Source: Macrostomum lignano
Lineage: Eukaryota
Length of the DNA: 64,000 nucleotides
Direction of reading: 5' to 3'
NCBI GenBank assembly: GCA_002269645.1
Contig: NIVC01001632.1
Location: 1 to 64,000, forward strand
In this document: positions 58,201 through 64,000 of the stretch, one piece after another
Layout of the letters: every line of letters starts with the position of its first letter
Position numbering within the stretch: position 1 is the first letter of the stretch
The notes under the pieces: generated by a model
What the model was told of the DNA's origin: nothing
Databases searched by the model: none
What the model saw: only the letters and a program-made list of their open reading frames with translations
Translations under genes and position numbers: made by a program

Positions 58201-61200
58201 CTCCTGTTTGAGTATGCCCATACCGGTTGGAGTTGAGTCGTGCGATTGTAGCAGAGAAAGCATAAGTAGCTCAGGACAGGCTTTGATTGGCTGGTCGAGC
58301 AGCTCGCGAACTTCGGTATAGAATCCCTGGGATGAGTGGACATTGGGGGAGCTTATTGCGTGAGGAGATGGTTTTATAGCGATGTCAGTAGAAGGTCAAT
58401 GGCTAAAATACCTTTTCGGACAGGCACAGCAGAGCGTCGATCAGGTCCAGATTGCGCCACATCTGGGCGCCTCTTGCTTCGTCATCAGCCCCAGCTGCAC
58501 CCAGCGATGCGTTGAGCTTCAGCCGGCCCAATTCCGATTGGCGGAAGCGCCAATAGCCGAGGCAGAGAATTTCGGGATAGAGCAGGCAGTGGCGCAGAAA
58601 CGATAGCTGGCCCTGGGCGTTGCGCCAAGGCCGGTAGAATATCTCTATGGGCAGGTCGCTGGTCGGGCCCTGGGATTTGGGCGAGCGGGAGTGCAGCACT
58701 GATGTTCTGGTCTGCTATAACCATATTATGCTAAATCAATGGTTTAATAAGGCATCGTTTAAACTCGGGTTATCTGGGGACAGTCTTGAGTATTTGGGTC
58801 TGAGGATCTGGGAGGCTGGTATCACAGTATGAGGATCTGGTATCATAGACTGGGGATCTGGGAGGCTGGTATTATAGACTGAGGATCTTGGGAGACTGGT
58901 ATCACAGTCTGAGGATCTTGGGAGACTGGTATCACAGTCTGAGGATCTTGGGAGACTGGTATCACAGTCTGAGGATCTTGGGAGACTGGTATCACAGTCT
59001 GAGGATCTTGGGAGACTGGTATCACAGTCTGAGGATCTTGGGAGGCTGGTATCACAGTCTGAAGATCTGGGAGGATGGTATCACAGTCTGAGGATCTTGG
59101 GAGGCTGGTATCACAGTCTGAGGATCTTGGGAGGCTGGTATCACAGTCTGAAGATCTGGGAGGATGGTATCACAGTCTGAGGATCTTGGGAGGCTGGTAT
59201 CATAGCCTGAGGATCTTGGGAGGCTGGTATCACAGTCTGAGGATCTTGGGAGGCTGGTATCACAGTCTGAAGATCTGGGAGGATGGTATCACAGTCTGAG
59301 GATCTTGGGAGGCTGGTATCATAGCCTGAGGATTTGGAGGGGAGCAGTGGCCCCAGCAACTGAGGATCTCCCAAAGGCAAATGAAAACAACCCATCATCC
59401 CTACCTGAAATCCCTTCATCAGACAGACCCTGAGCAGTTCAAAGGCCCGCGGCGATTTCACCTCGAATCCGTCGTGATCAAGTTCGGCAACAACGCTGCG
59501 AAACTGCAAACCGGGGCACAGTTCGCGTACAGCCGTTAAGAAATTTTCAACACACCAAGCGCTGGCGGCAGGCACATCGGCAGCCAGGCCGGGCCCGTGA
59601 AGGCCGATCTGCCGATCGATCAGCTGACCGTCGCAAGAGCGCAAAAACATTGAAATGCAGCGAGCTACAACGCTCGGACTAAGCTCTCGAACACCGAACT
59701 CGGAGATGATGAGTCTGGCAGAGTCTGCAGTTGCTATGCAGGAGTAGCCCAGTTCTTCTAGGAGTTCCGCCAGAGCCCAGTCACTCTGACTGGCATTCTA
59801 TGGATGGAGGGAAAACAAAAACTGGATTGATTGGGATTTGAGATCTTGCTGGGATACTGATGTTTGACTGCCGGCGATTTAGGCCAAGGGTGATAGAAAC
59901 ACTTAGTGTTAGGCTGGATTGGCAGTCAATTTATACCAGTCAAATGTCAATGACAGTCAAATGTCACTGATATTCAAATGTCTCTGACAGTCAAATGTCA
60001 CTGACAGTCAAATGTCACTGACAGTCAAATGTCACTGGTAGTCAAATGTCACTGGTAGTCAAATGTCACTGGTAGTCAAATGTCACTAGTAGTCAAATGT
60101 CACTGGTAGTCAAATGTCACTGGTAGCAGATGTCACTGGTAGTCAAATGTCACTGGTAGTCAAATGTCACTGGTAGTTAAATGTCTGTGACAGTCAAATG
60201 TCTCTGACAGTCAAATTTCACTGGTAGTCAAATGTCACTGACAGTCAAATGTCTCTGACAGTCAAATGGCACTGGTAGTCAAATGTCACTGTTAGTTAAA
60301 TGTCTCTGACAGTCAAATGTCTCTGACAGTCAAATGTCTCTGACAGTCAAATGGCACTGGTAGTCAAATGTCACTGGTAGTTAAATGTCTCTGACAGTCA
60401 AATGTCTCTGACAGTCAAATGTCACTGGTAGTCAAATGTCTCTGACAGTCAAATGTCACTGGTAGTCAAATGTCACTGGTAGTCAAATGTCTCTGGTAGT
60501 CAAATGTCACTGGTAGTTAAATGTCTCTGACAGTCAAATGTCTCTGACAGTCAAATATCACTGGTAGTCAAATGTCTCTGACAGTCAAATGTCACTGACA
60601 GTCAAATGTCACTGGTAGTCAAATGTCACTGACAGTCAAATGTCACTGGTAGTCAAATGTCACTGGTAGCAGATGTCACTGGTAGTCAAATGTCACTGGT
60701 AGTCAAATGTCACTGGTAGTCAAATGTCACTGGTAGTCAAATGTCACTGGTAGCAGATGTCACTGGTAGTCAAATGTCACTGGTAGTCAAATGTCACTGG
60801 TAGTTAAATGTCTGTGACAGTCAAATGTCTCTGACAGTCAAATTTCACTGGTAGTCAAATGTCACTGGTAGTCAAATGTCACTGACAGTCAAATGTCACT
60901 GGTAGTCAAATGTCACTGGTAGTCAAATGTCTCTGACAGTCAAATGTCTCTGACAGTCAAATGTCTCTGACAGTCAAATATCACTGGTAGTCAAATGTCT
61001 CTGACAGTCAAATGTCACTGACAGTCAAATGTCACTGGTAGTCAAATGTCACTGGTAGTCAAATGTCACTGACAGTCAAATGTAACTGTTAGTCAAATGT
61101 CACTGACAGTCAAATGTCACTGGTAGTCAAATGTCACTGGTAGTCAAATGTCACTGGTAGTCAAATGTCACTAGTAGTCAAATGTCACTGGTAGTCAAAT

Positions 61201-63653
61201 GTCACTGGTAGCAGATGTCACTGGTAGTCAAATGTCACTGGTAGTCAAATGTCACTGGTAGTTAAATGTCTGTGACAGTCAAATGTCTCTGACAGTCAAA
61301 TTTCACTGGTAGTCAAATGTCACTGACAGTCAAATGTCTCTGACAGTCAAATGTCACTGGTAGTCAAATGTCACTGGTAGTCAAATGTCACTGGTAGTCA
61401 AATGTCACTGGTAGTCAAATGTCACTGGTCGTCAAATGTCACTGGTAGTTAAATGTCTCTGACAGTCAAATGTCTCTGACAGTCAAATGTCACTGACAGT
61501 CAAATGTCACACTGGTAGTCAAATGTCACTGGTAGTCAAATGTCACTGGTAGTCAAATGTCACTGGTAGTCAAATGTCACTGGTCGTCAAATGTCACTGG
61601 TAGTTAAATGTCTCTGACAGTCAAATGTCTCTGACAGTCAAATGTCTCTGACAGTCAAATGTCTCTGACAGTCAAATGTCTCTGACAGTCAAATGTCTCT
61701 GACAGTCAAATTTCACTGGTAGTCAAATGTCACTGGTCGTCAAATGTCTCTGACAGTCAAATGTCTCTGACAGTCAAATTTCACTGGTAGTCAAATGTCA
61801 CTGGTAGTCAAATGTCACTGCTAGTCAAATGTCACTGGTAGTTAAATGTCACTGCTAGTCAAATGTCACTGGTAGTTAAATGTCTGTGACAGTCAAATGT
61901 CTCTGACAGTCAAATTTCACTGGTAGTCAAATGTCACTGGTCGTCAAATGTCTCTGACAGTCAAATGTCTCTGACAGTCAAATGTCTCTGACAGTCAAAT
62001 GTCACTGGTAGTCAAATGTCGCTGGTAGTCAAACAACCTATATAATAGAAGCCTTGAAAACCTAAGAATCTCAATTACTATAAAACTATTGATTTTTCAA
62101 ATGAAATATGAATTATAGAAAATATGGAACATAAAATGCAGTATACTATGCTTACTACTTGTGAGTAGCTACTTAACATCGAGCAGGGAAAAAAGATAGC
62201 CATAAAACAACACAACTAAGCAAGCGAATATCAAGTTTAAAAAAACACGTGTTCAATTCTATTTTTGCTCGCTAGATATCGAATAACATTTCAATCTTTG
62301 CCCGGCCCCCTTTATTAGCTTCAAAGCAGGTGGATCTATCTTCAGTAACAAAGGGTGCGGCACAGTATGGTGAAAAGAGCTGTGATTAAAGCCAAGGAGG
62401 CCAAGAAGCAGAGCCTGAAGAGCCAAGCCTTTGCCAAGCAACTCCATTTTTAGACATCAGTAGGCTGAGATGTGTGAACTAATTATTCATTATAAATTTG
62501 TTAAAAATCTACCTTTTGCGAGCAAGACTGAAGGCTCTGCAGACAGCTCACAGTTGTAGTATAACAGGACATAAAACTCAAATATAATGTATTTTTGGAG
62601 GCCTATTGCCTGGAAAATATATACTGTGGTAATCTTCACTGAATAAGATCAATTGCAATAATTGTTTTTTTATGAAAAAAGATTATTGCCTATCTACACA
62701 AGTGTATTGTTTTCCAGGAAATCGGCCTCCTAAAAATTTACACGATCTTTGAGTTTCATGTCCTGTTATACTATAGTGGTCCTTGAGTTCTCTGACAATA
62801 GGCGGTTTGGGGAAGAGTTGGCACTCCAGACTTTTGTGTTCTGGGCCTTCTTGTAAAAGCCTAGTCTGGATTAGTGATTTCTCTACCCCCACCCCCTAAA
62901 GGTAAACACGCGCGCACACACCTGCAAAGCGGAATTCGAGCTAACAACCATCTGTTGCAGCGAGCTCGGCTCTCTAAATGTTTTAGACACGGGCAGATCT
63001 TCGGCCTCCGAGTAGAGCAGCGGCGCCAGTACTACGGGCACTCGCTGCTTAGGGAAATCTATACGCAACACGCGTAGAAATGCTTCAACAAGTTCCGGGC
63101 TGGCGCCGAATCGTTTTGTAGCCAACTGCTCTTCGCGCAGCTTAGTCAGTATGAGGTGCACCATCTCGATGCTCATCTCCTGCAGGCCGGCTGTGCCAAT
63201 GCCGATGCCGCCGCCGACGCTGATGTCGTGACTGCCAGTGTCGGCATCGACGTAGGATCTCAGCAGGTCGGGCAGTTTAGCCTGTAGCCAGGTTTGAGCA
63301 GCATCGCGAGTCTCCTGACGCAGTGAGAACAGCAGGGCTAAGCCCAAAGTCACCTCGTGAGCTCGGGTTAGTTTCAGAGTCCTGCTAATCTGCGGCAGCA
63401 GACTCTGGTTGGGCCTGAGAGTCTTCTGTGTTGAGAACGGATGATCGATGGCGTAGCAGATTAGAGTGACAAAATTGGGCTTAGCAAATAGGCTGTTGAT
63501 CTCCTGGGTGAGCAGCTGGATTTGCAGAAAGTCTTTGATCCCGCTGTGACGGTCGTAGCCGCCGGAGCCGCTGTTGGCAGCTGAGAAGTCTATGCTGGAG
63601 AACAGGCATCTGTACAGATGGCGCTCCGCCTCAAATCCGTGCTGGTTCACCAA
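45672..63653 (-). CDS. CNOT1: CCR4-NOT transcription complex subunit 1, 5'-incomplete, 13 exons in window
   Basis: Minus-strand exons with consistent phases: 63653-62922, 59797-59405, 58714-58412, 58326-57748, 56880-56520, 55892-55223, 54568-53412, 51831-51140, 50195-48901, 48331-47878, 47149-46344, 46010-45876, 45789-45672 (TGA). Motifs: [112 protein letters not shown]. Confidence 0.96.
46075..46300. repeat. (TCTG)n microsatellite, CNOT1 intron
   Basis: TCTG run with TTAGTG interruptions. Confidence 0.93.
47305..47830. repeat. 20-bp minisatellite (GGGATTCAGGTGAGTCATTT)
   Basis: About 26 copies. Confidence 0.92.
48390..48750. repeat. 11-bp/33-bp TCTACCGACT repeat
   Basis: Degenerate tandem copies. 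Confidence 0.85.
50340..51035. repeat. 22-bp minisatellite (AAGATTCACACATCCTGACTGC)
   Basis: About 31 copies. Confidence 0.94.
51956..52010 (+). mobile_element. hAT-Charlie-like transposon terminus
   Basis: CAGGGGTCAGCGAACTCCGGCCCACGGCCCACATGCCGGCCC directly follows CTCTAGAC, which fits the NTCTAGAN target consensus of Charlie-group hATs; no intact opposite end found. Confidence 0.5.
52432..53120. repeat. 24-bp minisatellite (TCTAGTCTAGTCTCTTTTCTCCTC)
   Basis: Near-perfect copies. Confidence 0.95.
54690..55170. repeat. 22-bp minisatellite (GAGATGGGATCATGAGCACACG)
   Basis: Tandem copies visible. Confidence 0.93.
55990..56480. repeat. 23-bp minisatellite (GACACCGCTACGGTCACCCTTCA)
   Basis: Tandem copies visible. 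Confidence 0.93.
56930..57620. repeat. Degenerate 23-bp repeat (TTATGGGAGATTCTTTAGTGTGT)
   Basis: Homogeneous at the left end, decaying to the right. Confidence 0.82.
58800..59335. repeat. 30-bp minisatellite (CTGGTATCACAGTCTGAGGATCTTGGGAGG)
   Basis: Tandem copies visible. Confidence 0.93.
59935..62032. repeat. 17-bp minisatellite (GTCAAATGTCACTGGTA / GTCAAATGTCTCTGACA), about 2.1 kb
   Basis: More than 100 copies, two variants in block-duplicated order. Confidence 0.96.
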
Positions 63654-64000
63654 CTAGGAATAGTTAATGATGATGTGAACAATTGGATTTTATCCATTAA
63701 GCTAGGGATAATCTACCTAAATAGATTAACTGAAATGCATCATCACTGAAGTACCTACATTTGATTCTGCATATAGCCATACACACTTATTAGGGCTAAT
63801 GCATAAAAAATTTTCCCTCAGTCTTAATATACGATTCTTATCTATAAGGCCAATTGCAAAGGACCTTTTGTTTTATGCATATAGCATTTTATGTAAATGA
63901 ATATTCAATTTATAACATAACTTTTTCTTCAAAGATAAAAAGTACATAGAGTGATATGAAATAAACAAAGCATATAGAGAAGTGTTTATTCATTATTCAT

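Noticed and set aside
1985-58724. Antisense and off-frame ORFs over GC-rich exons (e.g. 4377-5156, 14562-14942, 15213-15674, 26318-26650, 49296-49619, 55135-55530)
   Set aside because: Shadow ORFs expected from stop-poor GC-rich codon usage; no recognisable domains.
55-62032. Long low-complexity ORFs in the track (e.g. 55-759, 6288-8080, 9743-10618, 17207-18319, 20142-20893, 30275-31277, 35701-36561, 41805-42884, 44533-45500, 52292-53198)
   Set aside because: They are translations of intronic or intergenic tandem repeats, open in several frames or on both strands, with no splice support or homology. Only the 39591-40043 array shows coding-type constraint.
63654-64000. First coding exon of CNOT1
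   Set aside because: No frame resembling the expected CNOT1 N-terminus; AT-rich intron-like sequence, so the start lies beyond the window.

Overview
Animal (eukaryotic) genomic DNA with GC-rich exons and introns packed with tandem repeats; the style suggests a Macrostomum-like free-living flatworm (inference, not checked). Three genes are supported. (1) The 3' part of a HERC2 E3 ligase gene on + (20 exons, 1-28455; MIB/HERC2, UBA-like, CPH, ZZ, DOC, two RCC1-like domains, HECT), with three apparent 1-nt frameshifts in one large exon. (2) CNOT1 on - (13 exons, 45672-63653; start codon outside the window). (3) Between them, a small two-exon + strand gene that looks like a neuropeptide precursor: a signal peptide followed by 17 copies of FDPLI(M/I) separated by di/tribasic cleavage sites; this is the most interesting item. 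Mobile DNA includes two copies of a tRNA-derived CORE-like SINE, a decayed D,D34D mariner fragment enclosed with a 21-bp satellite inside an inverted-repeat element, a small MITE and a hAT-Charlie-like end. Almost every intron over 100 bp carries its own minisatellite, and most long ORFs in the supplied track are artefacts of these arrays.
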